Origin: Syncephalis fuscata S228
Taxonomy: Eukaryota; Fungi; Zoopagomycota
Assembly: GCA_025786725.1 (NCBI GenBank)
Contig: JAHLTZ010000030.1
Location: 124,001 to 188,000 of the forward strand
Direction of reading: 5' to 3'
Length of the DNA: 64,000 bases
The notes under the pieces were generated by a model that saw only the letters and a list, made by a program, of their open reading frames with translations, was not told the DNA's origin and made no database searches. Shown here in pieces: positions 25,589 to 38,673 of this stretch. The position numbers were made by a program, and so were the translations under genes. Every line of letters starts with the position of its first letter. Positions within the stretch are counted from its first letter, which is position 1.

Positions 25589-28500
25589 CAAAGTGGATAA
25601 ACAAGTGGCGTGAAGGAAGTAGCAAAGGAGGGCGGGAAATGAGCGGCTGTCGTAAGGCCAATTTTATACACATCAAATAGAAAGATGCTGATGCTGATGC
25701 TGCTGATGCTGCTGATCGATCAGTAAACAATGCTTTAGACATTGCCAATCAATTTACATTATTAAATTAAGTAATCTATTTACAACATTATAAATGGGTC
25801 AATGAACACAATGAGCCAAGATTTATAAATAATAAAAAGCCAAAATGAAGCAGAAAATAGTTCTAATAACACATAACCAGTACATAATAAACTGATGTAT
25901 AGTAGTTTGGGTATACGATGGAAATGCTATTAATAGATAGAGTATATACTGGATATGTGCGAGCTGAACAAATAAATCTATAATAATGAGTATTTTGGAC
26001 CCTGACGTCGCTCACCATTTAGCTTCGTGTCCAATAGAAAGAATTTCCAGTTCAATTGTGAAAGTGCTATCAAGTGTATTCATTTGACCCACAAATCATA
26101 ATAAATGTGATGATATAATGATTAATATCATTGTAATGATTTTAACACAAATAAAATAACAAAATAAAACATGGCTATTATTGTTTACATAAGTAACGTG
26201 AGTGTAGCTAGTTGTATATGTTAGTAGTCCAATATAATCCAGATAACTGGATGACGTACGAAAGCTGTTGAGCATTATATGCTATTGATTTATAATAAAA
26301 CCAATTATTTAAAGAAATGCTAAATGTTAAAACATCTATGCGAAAGTAGTCGCATTTTCATACCTGTAATTAAGGCGGGTACAATAACAAAGCAGTGTGG
26401 CTTATTGCCTAGTGTGTTGGCTGGTTTGCCAATTACCTTAGCGCTGATATCATTATTGTTAGCAACAATCGGCAGTTATATATACTAGCTTATTAATACA
26501 TCAGCTGTTAAACAATTAAATAAGTATATGTACTATTGCAATCACTTAACGTGTAAGCAGCTGTTTGTTGATCGGTAACATTTATTAGCAATATTTGCAG
26601 CTGTAGATATAGTCAATGTTACTATACTTGCTATGATTCGTACTAGCTATAGGCAATATCGTTTGCATGACTTGCTAGCTGTAGTTAGTAGTAGCACATT
26701 CATATGCACTGACGACTAACGGGAGTATTGCGTTGCCAATTATACTGATGTGGTAGCTATTAATAGTGCTTTGATGGTGCTACAGTATAAATATCATAAT
26801 AAACAATTGACATCCATATATACACACATCCAATGATACACGAAAGCAACAGCAATGATCATGTTTGTTAGCGGATATAAAAACAGCAACCACTGCTTGT
26901 TATAGTTGCAGACCTGTCGATAACATTCAACTGGCATGGATGGCGATCAGTGTCAATATACGTCAGCAATATGCACATATTGGATGCAGTACTAGCAAAC
27001 ATGCAGTTGAGCAATATACAACAACGTGAAATATATGTTAGTGCGCACACAATACCAACGATTAATACGATTGTTATAATCACAAAATAATAGTAGTGCC
27101 ATTGCAATTGATTGTGATCAAAATGCGTGCCAATAGCCATTATATATTAAATAGTATCAATACTCCAATGCTATTCATATGCTACTAATATAGCTTAATA
27201 GGCCAGCTATACTATTAGTCGTACTAGCCAGACAACACGGACACATGATCAACGCTAATAATGGATGGTAATGCATGTACACTAACTAGCAATGGCCAAT
27301 TATTGCTACATCAATCAATGTTGCCAACATACAAGCGACTGTTTACTGCAATTAGTTAGTTAAATATTTAATACACTTTCGATTGGTATTGTGTGCGGTT
27401 ATAATGGCAAAATGGCAAATAAAAACCATTACTGCTTTTTTGGATAAATCAGGCAATTCTTACCGATTTGTAGTTCAATTAATAATATAACTAGAGATAC
27501 GTAATATCATTCATTATGACCACATAATCTTGGAGTGTCGGCACATATAAATTACGTGCTTTTGATAATCATGAGAAAGTGCTAGCAACCAAAACGTGTT
27601 TGAAAATGTCATTTCTCACGATTATATTGCCATTTCTATTTGTAGCACTCTCACGATTTTTCAAAAACACGTAATTTATATGTGCCGACACTCCAAGATT
27701 ATGTGGGCATAATGAAGTATACAATAGTACGGTGGTATGCACAGATAAATAATTGATTACGCATTTTATAACGATGTGTTATTTATGTGTATGTCTGCTT
27801 TATTGACATAAATGGTAGTGTGCATCAAATGTAATCACCACGACCGGTAGGACGTGTAGGTATACGGCATGCTAATGTCTGCCATGTAGCTATTGGCACC
27901 CGCTGATAAAAGTATCGGCAATGCCTATATGTGTTGATACATCATGCAGTTAATAGTAATCGCCGCTTTTAATAATAAAGTATAGTTTAGCAAATAGACT
28001 ATTTGTTTATACCTATGCTAATTGCACGAATATCATGCTGATTCTGTTTATTTGTTTATATTCAGCATGCCTGTATGGACACTTTACCAGCAATGCAGAA
28101 TAGCCATAAACATTGTAATGTTGCACTATTTGTTATTTTTAACGCATATAATTATTGTAAAATGCAATATCTTATGCATAATAATTATGATTGTAGCAAA
28201 AATAACGTATTTCCGTTTCTAGTACTTTGAATACCAACAGAGTGTTGGCTTGTAAATTTAAACGCAAAACCATTGAGTTAATGCTATGATAATATGCAGC
28301 AGTATATAAAGGGTGCGTTCAGTGCCATCAGGCGGTAAACATTTGATGAAATATGCGTTAAAAAGTAATAGCAATCATTTAATTAATAAAGCGTTCCTAA
28401 GATTATTTACAACTTTACGTATAATAAAGCAAATTGCTTGATATTTTGCACAAATATGCACATACTCTATAGGTAGCTATTGACAAAGTATACCGTAATT

Positions 28501-29299
28501 TTATTGTGTTACTGTGCAATGGCAGTGATAATACGCTAATAAATGTACAAAAATAGCAGTTTTTAGCCAACCATGGGCTGTATAACTAAAATACAGCAGA
28601 ATGGCTATTGGATTCGAGTCCTCCATGCTTCGCCGTATCGATTGGTATAAGAAATGGAGCAATGATTTTTGCAAAAAATATTAGCCAAAAATGCGATTTA
28701 CGATATCTAAATTTACTTAAAAAGCATTGTTAAGATTACGTATAACTTTACGTATAATAAAGTAAATCGCTTGATATTTTGCATGAGTATACGTATAACA
28801 TATCTACGACTATTGGCAAAGTATAACGCAACTGCATTGAGTAATGATGTAATGGTTGTGCTAGTATGCTAATAAATGTACAAAAATAACAGTTTTTTAC
28901 CATCCATGACTGATATACTTAAAAGATAGCAAAATGACTGCTGGATTCGAGTTCTTCATGCTTAGCTGTAAGGAATGGCATAAAATATGAAGCAATGATT
29001 TTTGCAACAAAAGTAAGTCAAAAATGCAATTTATGTGTTATTAGTTAACGAAGAATTAAGCTATATGTATATCTATGACATGAATTGCCGATTTTCATTG
29101 ATATTTAACATAATAACTTTCTATTATAATTGCTATACTATTTTAGAACGTTTCAAATTTACTTAGATTGAATTTCATATTTATTATTAAAATTTAAAAT
29201 TTTGAAATTTACTTTTTTTGCAAACAAATAATACGTAAATTGCATTTTGACTGCTGGTCGCAAATGCGTTTATGCTCATTTTCGTTGTCTTTTTTGGCT

Positions 29300-31030
29300 T
29301 TATTTGTCCTAGCTGTTTTTGTCGTTCAGCTGGTGTATGCGTCGCGTCGTCCATTTCCACGTCGTTTTATTGTTGTTATCTTCTTCTGTTTGGTGTTGAC
29401 TTGTCATTTCTACGTCTTCTACTTCTATATCACCCTCTTCTCTCTCTGCCATTGCTGGTTCGTCTTCCAGCGTCATTTTTCCCCATGTCACACATCATTG
29501 TTATCCTCTTGCTTACTTGATCCGTTGGTGGTTAGTAAGTTACTAAAATTTCTTAAGTAATTAACGATTACACTAGCTTATATAATTTTAAGCTAGATAA
29601 CACTTGTAATAAAACTAAGAAAAATAAAATGAAGTAACTGATAATGTTTATTTAAGATAATAAAATGTATGCTTTTTTATACTAAAATGAGCTGAAGTTA
29701 AGAGATATTTGTAAAGGAAGAACTTGTTCGTTCCTTCCGTTTGATGTTGTATATGGTATTATGTTACTTAAATGAATTAGTATCCATGTCTTGTACTAGT
29801 TATTGATTAAAGTTAGCAAGCCCCTTGTAAAGGTCCTGACTTGTTTGCTTGATATGTTAGTTGGGGTACTAACCGCGTGTTAAATAAAAGCTACACAAGT
29901 GTAGTTCCTGACTAAATCACGTGATTTAATGCCAAATAAATTACCATTACCATATTTAGTAATAAATAAATAATTTGATCACATGATCAATTGTTGTATT
30001 TTAGTGTTTGTAACACCATTGTCTCTGCTATTCCTTCTTCCGTTATTTCAACGACAGCTGCTACGGTAGTTAACCACCTTGCTGTCTTTTCTAGCTCTTC
30101 CGTTTGATGTCGCGTTTTCACAACCCCACTAGCTAGATTTACTCCTGCTACTGGTTTTGTCTTTCTTTAATTTACTTTTTTTACTGGTGATGGTACCTCT
30201 TCTTTCTCTTCTGCTACTAGCTTTCCTCCTTTCCTTTTTTCTTCTTCCACCGCTTCACTTTCTTCACCTTCATTCGCCTCTGTCTCTTTTGGCGTTTGCT
30301 GTTGTTCTTCTTGTTGCTTTTCGTGTTCGGCTGCCACTGTATTGTTGGCTGGTGTTGTGTTTCTCTGCTGCCAGCTTTCCGATATACAGTTGGCCGCGAT
30401 ATGTCCCACCATGTGGCACCTGAAGCACGCGTCTCTTGTTCCGATCTTCAGCATCATCGCCTCTACTTTTATTCTTGTCGGTATTCTTTCTCGTCTGCTT
30501 CGACTTTACACACTACTATTGGAGACTCCAATACGCAGTCATAAATCTCTTTTCTAGTCTGTGTATCGCTCAGACTTTGCTGTTTGGCCCCAATTCTTCT
30601 CTCAATTTTTGTGCCACGTGCTCCAACTCTGTTGCCGCGTCCACCCCTATCACTTTCAGTGGTATTGGTGCTGGCCCTTCATAGCTTCTTACTTTGATGT
30701 GCTCTTCTCCAATATAGAATCCTTCTTCACCATCAAATTTACTTGTTGTTTAGAGAATAAGCTAAACACATATTCCCCTGCTGCATTATCAATACTGTAC
30801 TTAATTTTTTTTCCTTCTTTTAATTTCTTAACGATTGCCTGCGCAACCTCTGCTATTCTGTTGACATTTGTCATCTATATACCGATGTAATGTTTTAATA
30901 CTATTTCCTTTCTTAATTTCTTCGCTTCATTTTACATCGTTTTCGCGATGTTGTTTGTTACTTTTTTTCTGAGTAAAGCTGGCGTTGTCGCGTTGCCTTT
31001 TTGTTGCCTTTTTTCTTCTCCTTTTTCCTT
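29300..31030 (-). pseudogene. Decayed gag/LINE-ORF1-like gene with a CCHC zinc knuckle
   Basis: CFRCHMVGHIAANC (CX2CX4HX4C) in ORF 30167-30457, flanked by K/E-rich coding-like fragments in several frames (30689-30874, 29309-29491) with stops and frameshifts. Confidence 0.65.
29486..30015. mobile_element. Solo-LTR-like insertion (530 bp, TG...CA)
   Basis: Ends TGTCACA...TGTAACA (6/7 inverted match). The flanks CCCCA / CCA resemble a target-site duplication. It interrupts E-rich coding sequence (..GIAETM | GKMTLEDE..). Confidence 0.55.
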
Positions 31031-33816
31031 TAAAAAAATATAAATAGAAAGAGTTTGGCATTTTGGCTTACTTTTGTTGCAAAAATCATTGCTTCATATT
31101 TTATGCCATTCCTTACAGCTAAGCATGAAGAACTCGAATCCAGCAGTCATTTTGCTATCTTTTAAGTATATCAGTCATGGATGGTAAAAAACTGTTATTT
31201 TTGTACATTTATTAGCATACTAGCACAACCATTACATCATTACTCAATGCAGTTGCGTTATACTTTGCCAATAGTCGTAGATATGTTATACGTATACTCA
31301 TGCAAAATATCAAGCGATTTACTTTATTATACGTAAAGTTATACGTAATCTTAACAATGCTTTTTAAGTAAATTTAGATATCGTAAATCGCATTTTTGGC
31401 TAATATTTTTTGCAAAAATCATTGCTCCATTTCTTATACCAATCGATACGGCGAAGCATGGAGGACTCGAATCCAATAGCCATTCTGCTGTATTTTAGTT
31501 ATACAGCCCATGGTTGGCTAAAAACTGCTATTTTTGTACATTTATTAGCGTATTATCACTGCCATTGCACAGTAACACAATAAAATTACGGTATACTTTG
31601 TCAATAGCTACCTATAGAGTATGTGCATATTTGTGCAAAATATCAAGCAATTTGCTTTATTATACGTAAAGTTGTAAATAATCTTAGGAACGCTTTATTA
31701 ATTAAATGATTGCTATTACTTTTTAACGCATATTTCATCAAATGTTTACCGCCTGATGGCACTGAACGCACCCTTTATATACTGCTGCATATTATCATAG
31801 CATTAACTCAATGGTTTTGCGTTTAAATTTACAAGCCAACACTCTGTTGGTATTCAAAGTACTAGAAACGGAAATACGTTATTTTTGCTACAATCATAAT
31901 TATTATGCATAAGATATTGCATTTTACAATAATTATATGCGTTAAAAATAACAAATAGTGCAACATTACAATGTTTATGGCTATTCTGCATTGCTGGTAA
32001 AGTGTCCATACAGGCATGCTGAATATAAACAAATAAACAGAATCAGCATGATATTCGTGCAATTAGCATAGGTATAAACAAATAGTCTATTTGCTAAACT
32101 ATACTTTATTATTAAAAGCGGCGATTACTATTAACTGCATGATGTATCAACACATATAGGCATTGCCGATACTTTTATCAGCGGGTGCCAATAGCTACAT
32201 GGCAGACATTAGCATGCCGTATACCTACACGTCCTACCGGTCGTGGTGATTACATTTGATGTACACTACCATTTATGTCAATAAAGCAGACATACACATA
32301 AATAACACATCGTTATAAAATGCGTAATCAATTATTTATCTGTGCATACCACCGTACTATTGTATACTTCATTATGCCACATAATCTTGGAGTGTCGGCA
32401 CATATAAATTACGTGTTTTTGAAAAATCGTGAGAGTGCTACAAATAGAAATGGCAATATAATCGTGAGAAATGACATTTTCAAACACGTTTTGGTTGCTA
32501 GCACTTTCTCATGATTATCAAAAGCACGTAATTTATATGTGCCGACACTCCAAGATTATGTGGTCATAATGAATGATATTACGTATCTCTAGTTATATTA
32601 TTAATTGAACTACAAATCGGTAAGAATTGCCTGATTTATCCAAAAAAGCAGTAATGGTTTTTATTTGCCATTTTGCCATTATAACCGCACACAATACCAA
32701 TCGAAAGTGTATTAAATATTTAACTAACTAATTGCAGTAAACAGTCGCTTGTATGTTGGCAACATTGATTGATGTAGCAATAACTGGCCATTGCTAGTTA
32801 GTGTACATACATTACCATCCATTATTAGCGTTGATCATGTGTCCGTGTTGTCTGGCTAGTACGACTAATAGTATAGCTGGCCTATTAAGCTATATTAGTA
32901 GCATATGAATAGCATTGGAGTATTGATACTATTTAATATATAATGGCTATTGGCACGCATTTTGATCACAATCAATCGCAATGGCACTACTATTATTTTG
33001 TGATTATAACAATCGTATTAATCGTTGGTATTGTGTGCGCACTAACATATATTTCACGTTGTTGTACATTGCTCAACTGCATGTTTGCTAGTACTGCATC
33101 CAATATGTGCATATTGCTGACGTATATTGACACTGATCGCCATCCATGCCAGTTGAATGTTATCGACAGGTCTGCAACTATAACAAGCAGTGGTTGCTGT
33201 TTTTATATCCGCTAACAAACATGATCATTGCTGTTGCTTTCGTGTATCATTGGATGTGTGTATATATGGATGTCAACTGTTTAGTATGATATTTATATTG
33301 TAATGTTGATTTCCATCATGGTGCCATGCCTACCTTGTTTATAAATAATATCAAATACAGCCACTTTCTTATAGCTACTCTAACATCTAGCATATTTAAA
33401 TAGTAACTTTATTATAAAAGCAATACTAATGGAATCTTCAGTAGTTTGGTATGTCATTCATTTACCTGGATTGTATTCGGTATAGCCACACTCACATTAG
33501 TCACTTTAGTAATGATACCAGTAATTTATTTAGTTGGCTTATTTGTGTTATGGCTGTTACATTAGTATTATTAAAAAATCATCTGATTTCCAAATCACAC
33601 TAAATCATGAATTTAGCGATTTAAATTTTATTTTATTTTTTATTTTATTTTACAACTTTTACGTTAAACTCGTCGCATAGTTTGAATTCACTTTCTTTAT
33701 TACTCGTAACTCAGTAGGAATTGGTACCGAACTTTTATAAGCTATTTAAGATTCTGCGATCTTGGTTATAATTGTGATCCTAAATCATTCTAGTTAATAG
33801 TAAAATAACTATTACT

Positions 33817-34401
33817 ATGTCGTCTACAGATCTTTTGGTTGATGCTTCGGCCGCAAAAACAAGCCTTTCAGTATCAGAGGCAATGCCTACATTAAAAACA
33901 CGGGTATCAGGTAGATAGAATAATGCGTATTGTAGAAAGGATGTTTTATTAATAATATGATAACTGGTACATATTTGCTGATAGGCCGTACATGGCGTGT
34001 AGTAAAACAGCCAGCTCATCGCAGTATGATGGCAAAGTCACTAAAGACAACATGGTCGGCCAGACAAGCAGAAAAGACTAAGCAAATGCAACTAAAACGT
34101 CGAGAAGATGCTATTAAAACAAAAACAGAGTTGGAACGCCAAGTATGTAGCTTATAAGCAATTAAATGATAATAATAATAATAATAATAATAATCAACTA
34201 TTAATTATCTTTATATGTATATAGAAACGCAATGATGCACTTCGACAGAAACGCTTGGCTAAAGAAGAAAAGGAAAGACTTGAAAAGCAACAAGCTATTG
34301 TAAGTAGAAACTCCCCTTTGTTTAGCTTGTTATTGACGTGCATTTAGTACTCGGCCAAGAAACTTGATAGACTTCGCAGAAAACAAAAGAAAAAGAACTA
34401 A
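33817..34401 (+). CDS. CGR1: rRNA-processing protein Cgr1, 4 exons
   Basis: Spliced RVSGRTWRVVKQP..KTTWSARQ..; K/E/R-rich coiled coil ending YSAKKLDRLRRKQKKKN*. Confidence 0.8.
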
Positions 34402-34501
34402 GCGTTATAATATTAAATAATATATTTTCGTATATTACTGGTGTAGCCTATGCAATGATTGCTGGTGTGTCATGAACCAATAAACAATAGTAATAGCTTT
34501 A

Positions 34502-35621
34502 TTAAACAGGCAAGGGACGTCGTTCACTCGATGTGCCATCATCTTCATCAGGTGCTTGATTCCAGTATCGGCGTATTGTAGCATTCCAAGTAATAATAAA
34601 TAAACCGCCTAAGTCATACGCTTCTACAGGTGCACTATTAGAATATCTTGGCCGTTCCTCGTCCAAGCTATTACGAACTGTATCGGCAAGCCGTTCATAA
34701 CGAGCATTGCCCCGATGCAAATTTGCTGCTTCCCATATACGATCGATAACACGACGTCGGGTATTTAAGCTTTGATGTTCGTCTCCATCTAGTGTTGTAC
34801 TATTGCCATGTAATAACGATTCGCTGTTCTGTATCGATGATATTGTCGGCGATACACGAGCACTGGCCGTGTTATCACGTAGGTTATTTTGCGTTGAGCT
34901 ATTAATACGGCCACGATAATTATCACGGTTAGCAATAAATTCCGACGATCCTCTTTGTGGCGATTGACGAGATGGTTGTGACTGTTCTGCATTGCCTACA
35001 TTACGTCTCCAAAATGCCCACCAATGACGTGTTGTCGTCGTATCTGTTCTATGCGAATGCTCGGATAATCGGCCAATTCCATGACCATGGTGGTCATAGG
35101 TATTAGTATTCTGATGGATAGCTACTATCATTACTAATTGTGCACAACATATTATTACATCGTAGAATAATAGCATTAAACGGCCTGAGTTGGGAGCTAA
35201 AATCATTCAATGTATGTATAAATATGAGTTACGTCATTAAGCATAACGCAAATAAATAGTATTTACTCGTTACTTGAGTGAGTGCTACTTACCGGAACCA
35301 ATAAAATCAATAATTATACCGCGATCCCCCAGTGGCTGTATCCGACGTAGTGCACATAATATATTGGTTGCCAAGATTATGCCAAAGGAAGAGCGCAGTG
35401 TTTTAGATTGAGGATCTGTAATTAAATACTGTAACAATAACGGCGATGAATGAGTATACAATCTAGCTTCTGTCAACACATGTACTTACCAGGTTGATGC
35501 CTCCACGTAGAGCTAGAAAAATAACACTGTAGTCCAGGTAATAGACTGCAGACAGCTGAACATACAATAACCAGAGCAATGCCTGGTTAAGATTGTGTTT
35601 GGCCAAGATTGCCGTGTCCAT
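34502..35621 (-). CDS. DUF1746 (Dsc4-like) membrane protein, 3 exons
   Basis: YYLDYS..LALRG, TNILC, GIIIDFIG, LLFYDVIICCAQLVM match the DUF1746 pattern, followed by a disordered tail. Confidence 0.7.
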
Positions 35622-35889
35622 CAACAAGCAATATTACTACTAATAGCACGCGAATAGTTGACAACAGTGATACGGCCAATGTGGTAATGTTCAGCGTGAT
35701 TGCCTGTCCAACATGAACAGGAAGAGTAAATGAGAAGGTAAATAAGAAGGAAGGAGAGAGAGAAGCCTTTTTCAGTAAAATATTTAATCCAGTTGTTTCA
35801 TGTTAAATAATGTTTATATTAATAATGGTGATGGTGCCATTTATATATTGCTATTCATTTTATAACGCTTATTTTCTACTATTAATCTA

Positions 35890-37028
35890 TTCTATAATAA
35901 TGCGTAGTTTTGGTGGCCAAATGACTTTTATTATATTTAATTAAGCTTTCTAATATACTGATCAATATTGAACATACGTTCTACAATAATGAGTGTTTTG
36001 GTATCCATTGACTTATCCTTTAATACGCATTAATGATGATTTTATTCACAATTCCATTAATATTACTACACATCTCACAATCTACGTCATCACACTTTCC
36101 TTTCTCTTTCTTCACACTTGACAGCATATATCCATTGCATATACTTGTACACTCATATATACTATATAGATATTGTTAGTAGTTGACTGACTATTAGTTA
36201 AGCTCTAACACTTTTTATACTATGTACTTGCATTGCTCTTTTTAATATGACCTTTTTTACAAGTCGCTTTAATTACTTTGATCATTGGTGTTGGCAGCTT
36301 TATTGACACAGTAAGTGCATTTCTAACTTGTTTTTATGCCATATAGAGTATATGCTGTTAAAATCTCGTTGTCTGCTTTGTTTTACTATGAACTACAATT
36401 GCAGTTCATCTAACAGCAACTCTGCAATCTCAACAGTGGCAGTGGGATCTGCTACTGTTGAGGCTGCTTAAACTGCTGTTAGTACGATCTGCCATGGCAA
36501 TCTATAGCAAAACAGAGTATACGGTGTTTTTGGCAGCATATAGTCACCGATTGTTTTCTTGCTATATCCTATTATTTTACAGTTCAAACGTGCATCATTT
36601 CTTTAGATTCTCGAGTAAATCTTGCTGCGGTTTATTGAATCTGGTATGCATTTATTAAACATAAACGATATCATGCAAAATATAGGTTTAAGTTATGTCT
36701 TAAAAGTCTTCTTATTTGTCTTTATTTAGTATTAACTAATGTAAATTTAATTGAATAATCAAAGGAAGCGTGTAATACTAACAACAAAAGTATAGTATTT
36801 ATTTATACGTTTAAGTGAGTAAATAAGCGCATTGCTTTGACGCTTATAATAAATGCAGCTAATGATAAACAGACACCCTTTATTAGTGGTATGTGACCAG
36901 TATATAGTACAGTGATGTACAGTAGAATGAATATATAGTAATAGCATGAGTTGCGGTGTGGGTGTTACAATATATAACGCAATAGGCTAATTGAATAAAA
37001 TGTACTGAAAACTACAATGAATAGAATG
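35890..37028 (+). repeat. Repeat family B copy
   Basis: Reverse complement of 18761-19952, lacking a ~45-bp segment present in that copy. Confidence 0.88.
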
Positions 37029-38673
37029 TTTTTATCATATAATAGAATAAAATGAATGAATAGAAAATATTGTATGTTTTAGCAGTTGACAAAATATACT
37101 ATATAAAATACTCATATCTACAATATTTAGAAACAAACAAAAATGTCGGTAGTATCGTTATAGTACTAGTCAATAAACTATTCGACAGCATTCCACTCCA
37201 AGAGCTATCGTCGGATGATGCCGTATCTGGTAAATACCAACAACAACTATAATTGATATGTCAGTGTAACAATTGTTGCATAATGTTTCAACAACAATCA
37301 ATCAAGTACCCCTAAATGCTTACTGTCAAATATTATACAAAATGGTTTCAACGAGTCGCCTTAGCATAATGTTGACTCGGCAAATGAAATTGCAATTACC
37401 ATTAATAGGATTAGTTGTTGGATTGGGCGTAATTGCAATATCTGCACGGCGCAATAAGGGCTCATTAAGACCATGATTACACATGTACTGGCCAAAGCCG
37501 GGTGTTGAATCAAAGCATATGTAATAGTGTAATGGTGATTCTTGTCTATTAGACATGGTATTATTAAAACTAGTATTTAGATTAAATAGTATCAATAATA
37601 CCGCAAGTCAGTATATATTGGACGCCTTAGGTATCTTACGAGCAAATTATTATTTAATGACTATTGCGTTGTTTGATACAATTATGGATATTGGTAGATT
37701 GTCGAATTGGCCATTTTGAATATGCATGATGATGTTTTCCCCTAGCTCACGGCATTGAAAGCTTGCTAAAACGTGAGTTGGTTTACAGTACACGCACAAT
37801 TAGCGTGATACTATGTTTTAAACGCAGAACAAGACCACACTAATTATTTAATTTCAACGTTTATGTTTCATCTTGCAGCAATATTTTCACAAAAAGTTGC
37901 TTATCACGTTCTATAACTTGTTTAAGCCGATACCATTTAAAGAAATTGCTATGAATTACACAAGCCTTTTGTCTTTAACTGTAGGGGTACCTATATATGT
38001 TCAAAACTATTACTTTGTTCTATTGCTATTGAATCTGAACTAGTATAAAATAAAGTAATAGCTCGCTATTATATATTAATTATTGTGGACTAATATCGTA
38101 TTTAAATATCAACATAGTATGTAAAATCAAAGTCAATGATGCAAGGGTAGACGGCAGCAAATGTTGCCATTTAGCGAGTGCATGTGGATAGATTTCAGCT
38201 AGAATGGGCCTGAACTTTAGGGGGTGATGTCCCGTTGTATTGAACATTTATGGAACATAAGCTGATAATAAAAAGGTTACACAATATAGTAACGAATACA
38301 GGTATGCAATGTATGGTATGTGCGTGTTCCAGATACGTTGTCCATTGAACTGGGTACATGCCAACTTACTGGGCTATTTTTTAAATGTTGTTTAATGGTA
38401 TCCATGACTTAATCCAGAATAAAAATTTAGAAGTTTGATGCTATAAAAGTATAAGCAAATAACCAAGTTCAGCATAATCTATATTCATACTCCATTCTCT
38501 ATTACCTCGACTCTTCCTCTATCACCAAGTGTAATTTAATTTTTGATAAATAACACTTAACTACCGTTTTTTTGTTAAAGTTTGCCATTACAATTACTAG
38601 CTCATATAGTATTGCGCAATCTTAACATTCCCTTTACGACAAAACACTATTATTTATAAATAACTACACCATC

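Larger units (their letters stand above)
26801..33282. mobile_element. Large inverted-repeat (foldback-like) structure: arms ~26801-29027 and ~31057-33282, 2.0-kb spacer
   Basis: The arms are near-identical reverse complements; mirrored ORFs occur at 26868/32943 and 28022/31862. The inner arms carry two ~330-bp tandem subunits. Confidence 0.88.

Noticed and set aside
28560-28630. GGATTCGAGTCC as the B-box of a tRNA or SINE
   Set aside because: No convincing A-box spacing or cloverleaf, and the second subunit's copy is degenerate.
13619-33215. Four copies of the 90-aa ORF MAIGTHFDHNQ.. (and other repeated short ORFs) as a small-protein gene family
   Set aside because: They lie within near-identical repeat copies, have AT-rich non-coding composition and show no recognisable domain.
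37050-37750. Short overlapping ORFs as a gene
   Set aside because: No consistent frame, splice pattern or recognisable motif.
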